Shown: positions 26,972 through 40,054 of the stretch, in pieces
Layout of the letters: the number at the start of each line of letters is the position of its first letter
Position numbering within the stretch: position 1 is the stretch's first letter
Sequence record: SRR20825006_962
DNA length: 47,693 nucleotides
Strand: one strand, 5' to 3'
The notes under the pieces: generated by a model
The model's input: the letters and a program-made list of their open reading frames with translations, nothing else
Database searches by the model: none
What the model was told of the DNA's origin: nothing
Position numbers and translations under genes: made by a program

Positions 26972-28227
26972 ACGTGACACATTCTATTCTGAAAAAACTG
27001 ACTACGCTTGCAGTAGCGACGCTGATGCTTGCGGCATGTGGGCAGCAATCAAACGGTCAAGCCATGTTAGGTGGCGAAGGACAGCCTCTACAAGACGAGG
27101 CACCCAAGGGACCAAACGGCGGACTCCTTCTCTCAGACGGCGATTTCGCGATTGAGGTGACCATTTATGAAAAGGGTACGCCACCACAGTTCCGTCTTTA
27201 TGCCTATGAAGGTGGCAAGCAGGTGTCTCCTGAGGGCGTTGAAGCCACCATCACGCTGGGTAGATTGGATGGTGAAGAGAATCGCTTTGCGTTCAGGCCA
27301 GAGGCCGACTACCTGTCCGGTGACGGTGTGGTGACAGAACCGCACTCCTTCGATGTGAGGGTCGAGGCCAAATACAAGGGGAGGACACACCGCTGGACAT
27401 ACGACAGCTACGAAGGTCGGGTTACAATTGATTCATCAATGGCGCGCGAGATGGGTATCACTGTGGAACCCGTAGGAGCCCGGACCATCGAGAAAACTCT
27501 CGACTTGTTAGGGCGCGTGGAGTTCGCGCCGGACGCCCAGTCTACGCTTCGGGCACGTTTCCCGGGCAAAATCCTGGAGGTCCGCAAGACCGAAGGGCAA
27601 ATGGTCAAGGCTGGTGAAGTGCTCGCGCGTATTGAGAGCAACGAAAGCTTGCAGCCATACAATGTTACCGCCCCGATGGACGGCGTGATCGTCAGCCGCA
27701 CGGCCCAGAAGGGCGATGTGGTCTATGACCGGCCGCTCTTTGTGATCGGAAACCTCTCGCGCCTGCGGATCGATTTCCATGTCTATCCTGGTGATGTCGC
27801 CACGGTGCAACCTGGCCAGAAGGTGATGATTACGTCCGTAGACGGTAAACGCCAGGCGGAGACGGAGCTGGAGTTCTATCTGCCAACGGCGGAGAGCGCC
27901 ACGCAGACTTTGATCATGCATGCACCGCTCGCGAACCCGTCCAAAATCTGGATGCCGGGCATGACCGTTAAGGGCCAGGTTGTGGTTAGCCGCCGCGAGG
28001 TGCCGCTTGCCGTCAGGCCTGATGCCCTGCAGCGCTTCCGCGATTTCACTGTGGTCTTCGCCCAGGTTGGCGAGACCTATGAGGTGCGCATGTTGGAGCT
28101 TGGCGAATACACACCAGAGTGGGTTGAGGTGCTGGGCGGTATCAAGCCGGGCCAGCCTTATGTCACCGGCAACAGTTTTATCATTAAAGCGGACATTGAG
28201 AAGTCCGGTGCGTCCCACGACCACTAG
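26968..28227 (+). CDS. czcB: Periplasmic adaptor (MFP) of a heavy-metal RND system, lipoprotein
   Basis: Lipobox LAAC, KGPNGG, EPHSF, lipoyl-like G..VKAGEVL, ends KSGASHDH; TTG start overlaps czcC. Confidence 0.88.
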   Translation: MNVTHSILKKLTTLAVATLMLAACGQQSNGQAMLGGEGQPLQDEAPKGPNGGLLLSDGDFAIEVTIYEKGTPPQFRLYAYEGGKQVSPEGVEATITLGRLDGEENRFAFRPEADYLSGDGVVTEPHSFDVRVEAKYKGRTHRWTYDSYEGRVTIDSSMAREMGITVEPVGARTIEKTLDLLGRVEFAPDAQSTLRARFPGKILEVRKTEGQMVKAGEVLARIESNESLQPYNVTAPMDGVIVSRTAQKGDVVYDRPLFVIGNLSRLRIDFHVYPGDVATVQPGQKVMITSVDGKRQAETELEFYLPTAESATQTLIMHAPLANPSKIWMPGMTVKGQVVVSRREVPLAVRPDALQRFRDFTVVFAQVGETYEVRMLELGEYTPEWVEVLGGIKPGQPYVTGNSFIIKADIEKSGASHDH

Positions 28228-31416
<3,189 letters not shown>

Positions 31417-31423
31417 GTTCAAA

Positions 31424-31456
31424 AGGCTTGGCCCTTTTGGGCCAAGCCTGCTTTTG
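31424..31456 (+). terminator. Rho-independent terminator after czcA, probably bidirectional
   Basis: AGGCTTGGCCC-TTTT-GGGCCAAGCCT flanked by AAAA and TTTT. Confidence 0.8.
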
Positions 31457-31728
31457 GCATCTATTAGATTATGGCATAATTGCTATGCGTGCGGACAAGA
31501 TGAGCCTAGGGCAGCAGGACAATGACTTTCATAGTGTCAGTGAGAAAGTGGAAAAAAACACCCATCAGGTGGTACGCTTCACCGTCATCATAAAAGGTAG
31601 GCGAGATCACCGCCGGACTTATGTTTGGTTCCGTGGCGCATCAGGCCTAAGGCTGGCACATGGGCATCCTCGCCTCCAAAGCTGACCTTCATGCGGAGTG
31701 TGGATAGCTGCCAAAGCATTCATAATAC

Positions 31729-31839
31729 TCAATGCGGATGCAGGTCGTCTATTACAAAAGGGTGGGCGTGTTGTCGTTTACCGTTGAGATGCGGATGATC
31801 AAGGGGGAGGGTGTCGTGGGTATGTTCGATGATATCTGG
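31729..31839 (-). pseudogene. nreB: Detached His-rich C-terminal tail of the NreB-like MFS gene
   Basis: Reads PDIIEHTHDTLPLDHPHLNGKRQHAHPFVIDDLHPH*, in frame with ...FWPKDD once the transposon and one TCTGG are removed. Confidence 0.88.
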
Positions 31840-31913
31840 TGTAGCTGGACAATAAAGTGTCATACTCGACAATAAAGTATCATACTATGGTTCGATCAAG
31901 GGAGTATGGTGCA

Positions 31914-32252
31914 ATGTCGTATTTCGGTGGATTAACTGCAAAACAAATCGAAACGCGTCTGAAGGAAGGTCGAGGGCAAGGTATTCTGCAGGACTACAAG
32001 CCCTTCTTGACCGTACGCGATGTATCCTCGTTGGGGCGATCACATCGTGTTTTCGGGTTCAAAACACAACGCATCCATCACTTACTCTCTGATCTCGAAC
32101 TCGCTGTATTCCTGACTCTCGATTGGTCAACGGCAACAACTGACATCAGGGAGCAATTCCCCCTAAACACCGATGATACAGTACGCTTGGCTGAGGAAGC
32201 CGGCATACGTCATGCAGCCTTTAAAGGTATCAATCAGATCATGACTTCTGAC
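31914..32252 (+). pseudogene. tnsA: TnsA endonuclease N-terminal part, cut by the IS3 element
   Basis: KEGRGQG...YKPFL...VSSLGRSHR...HHLLSDLE...DIREQFPL...IMTSD. Confidence 0.9.
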
Positions 32253-33501
32253 TGGACTTGTCTTAAAAAAAGTGGACACGATCATGCTCTTTAAGCGGCT
32301 AGTTTTTCGTACGCCATTGGGCTGATGTTGCCAAGGGTCGAATGCCTTCGTCTCCTGTTATAGAAGTTCATGATGTACTCATATGGTCCTTTCTGCCTGT
32401 TCTCGACTTTCAAACTTCACCCGCCATACCAGTTCGGCCTTCAAACTCTTGAAGAAGGCTTCCACAACAGCATTGTCGTAACAATTTCCCTTGCCGGACA
32501 TGGACGGCAGGATGCCGTGTCGTTTGAGCGTCATCTGATATTCTGTTGCCACATATTGGCTCCTACGATCTGAATGATGGACCAGGCCTGGCTCTGGCCG
32601 CCTGAGGGCAATGGCCATCTTCAGGGCTCGAAGCGCAAGATCCTGCTTCATACGGTCACTCATGTGCCAGCCCACAATACGACGGCTGTAGAGATCCATC
32701 ACGACAGCCAGGTAAATCCAGCCGCGGATGGTGGCGATGTAGGATAGGTCAACGACCCATTTCTCGTTGGGCCTTTGGGCCGGGAAATCCTGCTCCAGCA
32801 GGTTGGGTGCATAGCCGAAGAATGGCACGAGCCCTCGGCGCTGATACCGCTTCCTGCGGCTCCTGATGGCCTGGATGCCATTCTCGCGCATGAGCCGACC
32901 AATCTGGGTGTGACCAACAGCCCAGCCTTTCTCCTTCAGTTCTTCGACCATTCTCGGGAGACCATAGGAATAGTGGCTGCTTTCAAACTCGGCCTTGATA
33001 GGGGCAAGCAGCACCATGTCTTCCCGCGCCCGTTTGCTGGCAGGACGATTGCTCCAGGCATAATAGCCGGACCGGGACACCGCCAGTATGTTGCACAGAC
33101 GGTTCACCTGATGATGCGCCTTCTCCACATCGATAAATCGGTAGCGCATTACTTTTGGCTCGCGAAGAAGGCTGTTGCTTTTTATAGTATTTTACGCTCC
33201 TCACGCAGGATCTAGTTCTCCCGACGGAGCTGGGCAAGCTCCCGCTGCAAGTCATCAGTGCCTCCCAAGGACTCGCTGGTGCCTTTCTGGTCCTGTCGGT
33301 ATTGAGTGATCCATTTGCCAAGGGTTGACTTGCCGATCCCTAGATCAGTTGCAACCGCTTCTCTGGGCAAGCCGCTAGTCAGCGCCAGCTTTACTGCTTC
33401 ACGCTTGAAGTCTGCTGAATGTCTCTTGTGGGCCATAATTTCCTCCAATCAGTATTCCTGATTCTGTTGAAGGTCGCGTCCACTTTTTTAAGACAAGTCC
33501 A
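32253..33501 (-). mobile_element. IS3-family element, degenerate (orfA about 33150-33436 with stops; orfB 32379-33149 frameshifted at its 3' end)
   Basis: IRs TGGACTTGTCTTAAAAAA(A)GTGGAC at both ends; DDE motifs WVVDLSYI, HHSDRRSQY, YDNAVVEAFF; flanks do not match. Confidence 0.92.
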
Positions 33502-33791
33502 ATTATCGTACATATCAGATAGGAGTTTTTGGTCTCCTATATAGCGCGGTTTCTCAGCAACGAGCATAGAACCAACTTCTTGGACAAAAATTACAGCGAA
33601 ATCTTGGCCGAGCTCCAAAGCTTGACAGAAGCACTGAGCCAAGAGCAAGGCCTCTAGCCGCATAGCCATCCACACCAAACCTAGGCCAACCTATCTGCCT
33701 GTGTCCACTCGCATCGGTCGTATGCAAGATAGTGCCTCACTAATGAGGCACTAAGTATCCAAGTTGGTGTTTATGCATCATTTGTGATGCA

Positions 33792-34580
33792 TTATCCCAT
33801 TTCATAGTTTCCAATTGGCTCGAAAATGATCTTGGTTGGGCTCATCTTCCGATTAGCAGCAATTCGCTGCTCGATGTTTTGCTTTAGCTCCGCCAGTGAA
33901 TAACCGATTTCAAGCAAGGTCAAATAACCATTCCTGAAACCCGCCCCAGTATCCAAATAAACTACATTGCCTAGCTGCAGGATATTGCTATTGGAAGTAT
34001 GTCCCACCAAAACCATATCTACATTTGAAACCACACTTTTGTCCTGGTTGCGAATTCTTACCCGCCCCCATAGTGCCTCCATTCTTTGCTGCTTCGCAGT
34101 GACCGTATCATGCCAATCCTGCGGTGCATCCGCATGCAGCAAGCCAACTGTTGATCCGTCTGGTAACCGGAGCGTAATGCTGACAGGCAAATGTTCAACA
34201 TATTGCTGGCACAATGCCTGAACTTCCTCTTGCTGTTCATAGCTAAGCAGGTCAAACCAACCGCCACCGTTGACACGCCAAAATTGTTTATCCGATCTTG
34301 GATTGACGGAATTCACCATCATCTCATCATGATTACCCAAGATACTTAGACACCAAGGCTCAGCTAACAACGTTACGCATTCGTAGTTTTTTATGCCGCG
34401 ATCGGTGATATCCCCAAGCATAATCAGTAGATCTTTAGCCGCATCAAACTGAACAAGTTTCATTTCACGCATCAATTCGTCATAGCAACCATGAAGATCA
34501 CCACAAACGAACGTACGCCCCACTTCAGATAGATAAATGATCTTGTGCGTAGCGGAAATTTTGTCCTGTGGCTTGTCCAT
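33792..34580 (-). CDS. PphA/lambda NinI-like Ser/Thr protein phosphatase (metallophosphoesterase)
   Basis: GDLHG, GDITDRG, GNHD, NGGGWF, LHAD, VGHT, LDTGA. Confidence 0.9.
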   Translation of the reverse strand: MDKPQDKISATHKIIYLSEVGRTFVCGDLHGCYDELMREMKLVQFDAAKDLLIMLGDITDRGIKNYECVTLLAEPWCLSILGNHDEMMVNSVNPRSDKQFWRVNGGGWFDLLSYEQQEEVQALCQQYVEHLPVSITLRLPDGSTVGLLHADAPQDWHDTVTAKQQRMEALWGRVRIRNQDKSVVSNVDMVLVGHTSNSNILQLGNVVYLDTGAGFRNGYLTLLEIGYSLAELKQNIEQRIAANRKMSPTKIIFEPIGNYEMG

Positions 34581-34794
34581 AATCGGCCTTCAACACTTCA
34601 CATTTCGACGGAAGTTACGACCCACCCTTGAAAGGGATATAAGCCTATGTATTTACTAAAGGTATGACACTTTATTGATTGCAAAATAATCAAGATGTCG
34701 CCGACTTCTTTCCCTGAGTATGATACTTTGCTATTTATGGATCAACTATAGACAAGAGAAACGGGCCCTACGAAGGGGTTAGCAGTATGATACT

Positions 34795-36024
34795 TTATTG
34801 TTCAGCTACATCTGGATCATCTTTTGGCCAGAAGCGAAGCGCTCCGAATATTCCTGCTCCTACCAAGAAAGCAAGACAAACGAGGGCCACCACAGACCCA
34901 AACTGGGTCAGTAGCCATCCAGACAAAGGATATGTACAAAGCCAACAGGCGTGGCTGAGTGCGAATTGTGCTGCGAAGACAGCCGGGCGATCCTCTGGAT
35001 GTGCGGAGCGACGCAAAAGTCGACCTGACGGTGTCATAACGGCCGAATAGCCCAAACCGACCAGCAACCAGGCGCACAGCAACAGGGGCCAACTGAGGCG
35101 GAATATCATAATTGCGACGGCAAGACCGATGAGAACCGATACCATAAGAACCGCTCCGGCCAGCATGACCGATCGGTCCTGCATTTGCTCCAGGAGCTTT
35201 GGTAAAGCGAGCGCTGCGAGCATCGAGCCTGCGCCGAAGGCAAACATTGTCCATGCCACGGCACTCTCAGGTAGACCCAGTGTCCCACGCACCATGACGA
35301 CAGTATTCACGAGCACCATTGCACCAGCCGCAGCAGCAGCCAGATTCAGCGCTAGCAGACCACGCAACCGAGGCGTGGCCAGGTAGATGCGCAAACCGCG
35401 TGTTGTTCGGTCGTAGATTCCACGAGGTTCGGATGTCTTCGGGCTTGGTAAGAATACAGAAACGACCAGCACCGCTGACGCAATAAATCCTGCGACCGTC
35501 CCAAGGAATAAGGAGTTGTAACTCACCACAGCGAGAAGCACAGCGGCAAGTGTTGGGCTGATGATATTCTCAAGGTCATAAGCCAGCCGCGATAGCGACA
35601 GGGCGCGCGTATAGCGATCCCTTTCGGGCAGCACATCAGGGATCGTAGCCTGAAAGGTTGGCGTAAATCCGGCGGAGGCCGACTGCAGCAAGAAGATCAG
35701 GACGTAAACCTGCCAGGCTTCGGTGACAAAAGGCAGGAATAGCGCTGCCCCAGCCCGAACAAGATCAAGGCCGACCAGAAGCGCTCGGCGGTTCAAATGG
35801 TCAGCAAAAGCACCTGCAATTGGCGCGACACCTACATAGGCCACCATCTTGATGGTGAAGATAGTGCCCAGCACCATTGCCGCATTTTCGCCGGCAAGAT
35901 CATAGGCCAGAAGTCCTAACGCCACAGTGGCGAGACCAGTCCCCAACAGTGCCAAAATCTGAGCGGCGAAGAGATGTCGATATGTGCGGTCAGCGAGTAG
36001 TTTCAGCATAGTGAGATGCCTCAA
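34795..36024 (-). CDS. nreB: NreB-like MFS nickel-resistance exporter, C-terminally truncated; the last codons and the stop come from the transposon end
   Basis: YRHLFAAQILALLGTGLATVALGLLAYDLAG, YTRALSLSRLAYDLE, AVFAAQFALSHACWL. Confidence 0.9.
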   Translation of the reverse strand: MRHLTMLKLLADRTYRHLFAAQILALLGTGLATVALGLLAYDLAGENAAMVLGTIFTIKMVAYVGVAPIAGAFADHLNRRALLVGLDLVRAGAALFLPFVTEAWQVYVLIFLLQSASAGFTPTFQATIPDVLPERDRYTRALSLSRLAYDLENIISPTLAAVLLAVVSYNSLFLGTVAGFIASAVLVVSVFLPSPKTSEPRGIYDRTTRGLRIYLATPRLRGLLALNLAAAAAGAMVLVNTVVMVRGTLGLPESAVAWTMFAFGAGSMLAALALPKLLEQMQDRSVMLAGAVLMVSVLIGLAVAIMIFRLSWPLLLCAWLLVGLGYSAVMTPSGRLLRRSAHPEDRPAVFAAQFALSHACWLCTYPLSGWLLTQFGSVVALVCLAFLVGAGIFGALRFWPKDDPDVAEQ

Positions 36025-36281
36025 AGAAAGCGGGCTATTGCCTTCAGCTCATCGCGATGGGCAGGATGCTGGTCGTCTTCCAGACAGTGATCCATATGAT
36101 CGTGGATCAACGCGCGCTTGGCATTGGTGACAGCCCTTTCGACCGGTAGAAGCTGCTGTGCGATCTCAAGGCAGGGCTTGCCTTCCTCTAGCATTTTGAT
36201 GAACGAGCGGAGGTGCCTGTCGGTACGCTTTAACCGTGTGATCAGGGCAGGATGTGTTGCGTGAACGTAAGATTTTGACAT
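36021..36281 (-). CDS. nreA: NreA-like CsoR/RcnR-family metal-sensing repressor
   Basis: HPALITRLKR...HL...CLEIAQQL...LIHDHMDHCL; overlaps the nreB start. Confidence 0.82.
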   Translation of the reverse strand: MSKSYVHATHPALITRLKRTDRHLRSFIKMLEEGKPCLEIAQQLLPVERAVTNAKRALIHDHMDHCLEDDQHPAHRDELKAIARFL

Positions 36282-36336
36282 ACAACACCTATACAATTAT
36301 GAGCAAGTGATTTCTGAAAACTGCCAAAATTTGTTT

Positions 36337-37248
36337 TCAATTATGGCCCTGGTCGGCAAGTTGAACAAATCTGTCACGTTCTTTTTCGAGCTGAGATATA
36401 AAAATATCCGCGAGTCGAGACGATGGCCTGTAGGAAGGCAGGAAAAGCATGTATTCAAACTTTATAGAAGGAGTGAATGGTCTTATGACCAAGCCACTTC
36501 CAATATAATCCATCGCGGTCACTGGGTTAATCACCGAACAGCCGACACCTCTCATTACCAATCCGCAGATAGTTGCAGCGTACTGGGTTTCGACAACAAC
36601 ATTACGTTTGATGCCGGCAGACTGGAAAACCTCGTCAATCCTAGAGCGGGAATAATCCTCCAGCCCCAGTGAAATGAAATTCTCGCCCTGCAGGTCTTCT
36701 GCGGTAATTACGGTTCGCGATGACAGCTTATGACCCGGCGGCAAAATGCACACCCCATCGAAAACTACAAATGAACGCATTTCTACGCCATGAAATTCGC
36801 CAGGACGAGCGAGCCCTAAATCAAACTGCTGCGCGGCGACCCACTGACGTACAGTAGACGAACTCCGAGTTTGAAGCTGTACGTTGACAGAAGGATGTTC
36901 GGCCAGAAATTTCTCGAGGACGTTAGGAAGGAAGCCAAGGGCAAGTGCCGGCAAAGCTGCAATGCGCAAGTTGCCCGACTTGAAATTGCGGATATCTTCC
37001 GCGATGTGCTTTAGGGCCTCAAGGCCAGCAAAGGATCGCTCGACTTCCTGATACAAGGTCTCGGCATCAGAAGTTGGTGTCACGCTGCTTCCTTTGGAGC
37101 GAATGAACAGCTTGAAATCCACTGACCGCTCAAGGTCTGATATCAGGCGGCTGACAGCCGGTTGGGAAAGGTGCATCCATTGTGCGGCATTGGATACCGA
37201 CCCTGTTTTCATGACTGCTCTGAATGCGTCGAGTTGGCGGATATTCAT
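36337..37248 (-). CDS. LysR-family regulator
   Basis: MNIRQLDAFRAVM..GSVS.AA...LSQPAVSRLI..LE. Confidence 0.95.
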   Translation of the reverse strand: MNIRQLDAFRAVMKTGSVSNAAQWMHLSQPAVSRLISDLERSVDFKLFIRSKGSSVTPTSDAETLYQEVERSFAGLEALKHIAEDIRNFKSGNLRIAALPALALGFLPNVLEKFLAEHPSVNVQLQTRSSSTVRQWVAAQQFDLGLARPGEFHGVEMRSFVVFDGVCILPPGHKLSSRTVITAEDLQGENFISLGLEDYSRSRIDEVFQSAGIKRNVVVETQYAATICGLVMRGVGCSVINPVTAMDYIGSGLVIRPFTPSIKFEYMLFLPSYRPSSRLADIFISQLEKERDRFVQLADQGHN

Positions 37249-37457
37249 TTCTAAAATTGTATCCTGTTAAACTATCCAAGTGTGTTTTTCTGATATTAAC
37301 CCATAATATATTCGCATAACCTAGCAAAAACAATCGATTTGACGTTATGTGTAATCGGGGACAAATTTACCGCGCTAGAAAGATCGTTTTCATAGCAAGA
37401 ATAACAACCACTGAACATTTCTCACGAAGGGTCCTCAGGAAAGGAGTGTTAAAAGTT

Positions 37458-39992
37458 ATGGGTAAGTTACGAAACAGGATGCAGCCACCAAGCCGCTTCA
37501 CGACCACCATGGCTCTGGCCACAGTTTCTGCCATAGCGATTTCTATTTCTTTTACTTCTCAGGGGCTTGCGCAGGAAGCTTCTGCCGCATCTACGGATAT
37601 GGAAGTAAATGGCATTGAGGAAATCTCCATCGTTGGGACACGAAGGGAAGGAGTATCTCCGGTTGACTCGGTCATACCGGTTGATGTTGTCGGATCAGAA
37701 GCTCTTGAGAAGACTGGCTCGTCCAATTTGAATGAGGCGCTGCGTACACTTGTACCATCACTTAATGTACAGCAGTTCGTGGGCCAGGACGGTTCAGCAT
37801 TCATCCGACCTTTCAGCCTTCGGGGGCTTCCGCCTGACCAGACTCTGGTACTTGTGAACGGTAAGAGACGGCACCGTTCTCCATTGGTTCAGATCACGAA
37901 CCAGCCTCTGGCTGCGGGCGCTCAGGGTCCAGATCTGGCAACCATTCCCGCAATCGCTATTGAGCGCATAGAAGTTCTGCGGGACGGCGCTGCTGCCCAG
38001 TATGGATCTGACGCCATTGCAGGTGTTGTGAACTTCCGACTTAAGAATGCTGATGAAGGGGTCAAGATTGTCGCCCGATATGGACAATATTACGAAGGTG
38101 ATGGAGAAGACATCAACCTTCAGGCTAATGCGGGCTTTGCCCTAGGCGATAGTGGCTTCTTCAATATCAGTGGAGAATACACGAATTCCGACCCTACATC
38201 TCGAGGTGCGCAGAGGCCTAATGCCCAAGCCTTGATAGATGCCGGTAATACGGCTGTCCCTGTTCCTGCGCAGCGCTGGGGCAATGTCAATTCTGAGGCC
38301 GCAAGAATGTTCTTTAACGCTGAAGTTCCTGCTTCCGACAGCGTGACAGCATATGCGTTTGGTAATTACAGCTGGAGTTCAGGCGATACCGAATTTTTCT
38401 ATCGGGCTCCTAACGGGCGGCCGGACATTTTCACCAGTGTGCCTTTAACTGATCAGGTAGGCGGGGAACGTTTTACGTTTCTGGATGCTTTCCCGGGCGG
38501 ATTTACTCCGGTCTTTGGTACGGAAATCAGAGACATGAGTTTGACCGCAGGGGCAAAGGGTGAGACATCGGGTGGTCTTAGTTATGATGTCAGCGGTGGT
38601 CTGTCTTATGGCCAACTTCAGTATAGTATTTCCAATACTGTCAATCCTTCATTAGGGCCGGACTCTCCGACTTCGTTCAAGCCTGGCGAAATCCAGCAAC
38701 GTGAAGCACGGCTGAATACGGACTTCGTCTATCCCATTGAGACGAACGCGTTTGCTTCTCCGTTAAACGTTGCATTCGGGGCTGAATACCGCCGCGAAAC
38801 ATACGAAATTCAGGCTGGTGACGTTGCGTCATGGGAGGCCGGTCCCTTTGCCCGCGTGTTTGATCCGGTTAGCGGCGAGACGATTGGTCTTGCAGTAGGA
38901 TCAAGCGGTTTCCCGGGACTTTCACCACAAAGCGCAGGATCATTCTCTCGCTGGAACTGGGCCGGGTATCTGGATCTGGAAACTGATGTTACCGAAAAAT
39001 GGACCGTGGGGGTTGCTGCACGGTTTGAAGATTTCTCCGACTTCGGAAATACGTTCAACTGGAAAGCGTCCACACGATACCAGATCGTGGATAGTTTCGC
39101 TGTCAGGGGCTCTGCGAACACTGGCTTCCGGGCCCCGACACCGGGACAGTCGAATGTTCGCGAAGTGGCAACCAATATCGATCTTGCAACGGGTGGGCTG
39201 CTTCTGACGGCGACGCTGCCGCCGTCTGACGCTCTGGCTCAATTCTACGGGGCAAGGCCATTGACGCGGGAAAAGTCATTCAACTTCTCGGGCGGTGTCG
39301 TATTGGACCTGCCTGACGGTTACGTCTTCACCGTCGATTACTTCAACATCAAGGTTGAGGACCGGATCGGACTCACCTCCCGCATTTCGGTTGCAGATGC
39401 GGATCGTGTCGAGCTGGCGGCTCTTGGAATTTCACCTGGGGATTTTCAGTCAGTTCGCTTCTTGGGGAACTTTTTTGACACCAGAACACAGGGTGTAGAT
39501 GCAGTCTTCTCCAAGACCTGGGATTTCGAAGATACGAGCGTGCTTAATCTGACGGCGTCACTGAATTATACGAAGAACAAGATTCTTGAAATTCGTGATG
39601 TGCGTGCTGTCAGCCGTGAGCGGGAAATCGAAATCTCAAACTTCAATCCGAAATGGCGCGGCAATCTGACAGCAATCTATGAGCGTGAAAAATGGGCAGG
39701 CCTCTTCAGGGTCAGCTATTACGGTAAATGGACCGATGCTGTGTCAAACGCCGTGCCGACCCCGAATGCCTTTGATCAGACGTTCGGATCTGAACTCTTG
39801 GTCGATGTGGAGATTAGCTACGATGTCAACGATAGCTTCCAGTTGGCTGTGGGGGCTCAGAACCTGCTCGATGAGTATCCAAACAAGGACCAGCGTCTAG
39901 GTCAGCAGGCGAATGGGATAATCTACCCACAATTCTCCCCATTCGGGTTCAGTGGCGGGCTCTGGTATGTCCGCGGGACATATAATTTCTAG
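37458..39992 (+). CDS. TonB-dependent receptor
   Basis: IEEISIVGTR, PVDVV, LRGLPPDQTLVLVNGKRRH, IERIEVLRDGAAAQYGSDAIAGVVN, C-terminal YNF; RBS AAGGAG. Confidence 0.93.
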   Translation: MGKLRNRMQPPSRFTTTMALATVSAIAISISFTSQGLAQEASAASTDMEVNGIEEISIVGTRREGVSPVDSVIPVDVVGSEALEKTGSSNLNEALRTLVPSLNVQQFVGQDGSAFIRPFSLRGLPPDQTLVLVNGKRRHRSPLVQITNQPLAAGAQGPDLATIPAIAIERIEVLRDGAAAQYGSDAIAGVVNFRLKNADEGVKIVARYGQYYEGDGEDINLQANAGFALGDSGFFNISGEYTNSDPTSRGAQRPNAQALIDAGNTAVPVPAQRWGNVNSEAARMFFNAEVPASDSVTAYAFGNYSWSSGDTEFFYRAPNGRPDIFTSVPLTDQVGGERFTFLDAFPGGFTPVFGTEIRDMSLTAGAKGETSGGLSYDVSGGLSYGQLQYSISNTVNPSLGPDSPTSFKPGEIQQREARLNTDFVYPIETNAFASPLNVAFGAEYRRETYEIQAGDVASWEAGPFARVFDPVSGETIGLAVGSSGFPGLSPQSAGSFSRWNWAGYLDLETDVTEKWTVGVAARFEDFSDFGNTFNWKASTRYQIVDSFAVRGSANTGFRAPTPGQSNVREVATNIDLATGGLLLTATLPPSDALAQFYGARPLTREKSFNFSGGVVLDLPDGYVFTVDYFNIKVEDRIGLTSRISVADADRVELAALGISPGDFQSVRFLGNFFDTRTQGVDAVFSKTWDFEDTSVLNLTASLNYTKNKILEIRDVRAVSREREIEISNFNPKWRGNLTAIYEREKWAGLFRVSYYGKWTDAVSNAVPTPNAFDQTFGSELLVDVEISYDVNDSFQLAVGAQNLLDEYPNKDQRLGQQANGIIYPQFSPFGFSGGLWYVRGTYNF

Positions 39993-40054
39993 CGTTAAGT
40001 TGAAGACTAGAAGGAGTGGGGCAGTTGGAAAAAGACGATGGTGATAAAAAAGGT

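Larger units (their letters stand above)
31840..34810 (+). mobile_element. Internally deleted Tn7-like transposon (2,971 bp) with a 5-bp target duplication TCTGG
   Basis: Ends TGTAGCTGGACAATAAAGTGTCATAC and GTATGATACTTTATTGTTCAGCTACA; TnsB-site-like repeats at about 31848, 31868, 34662, 34718 and 34785; TCTGG at 31835-31839 and 34811-34815. Confidence 0.93.

Noticed and set aside
31857-32294. 145-aa ORF as a complete TnsA
   Set aside because: Its first 19 codons lie in the transposon end and its last 13 are read from the IS3 inverted repeat.
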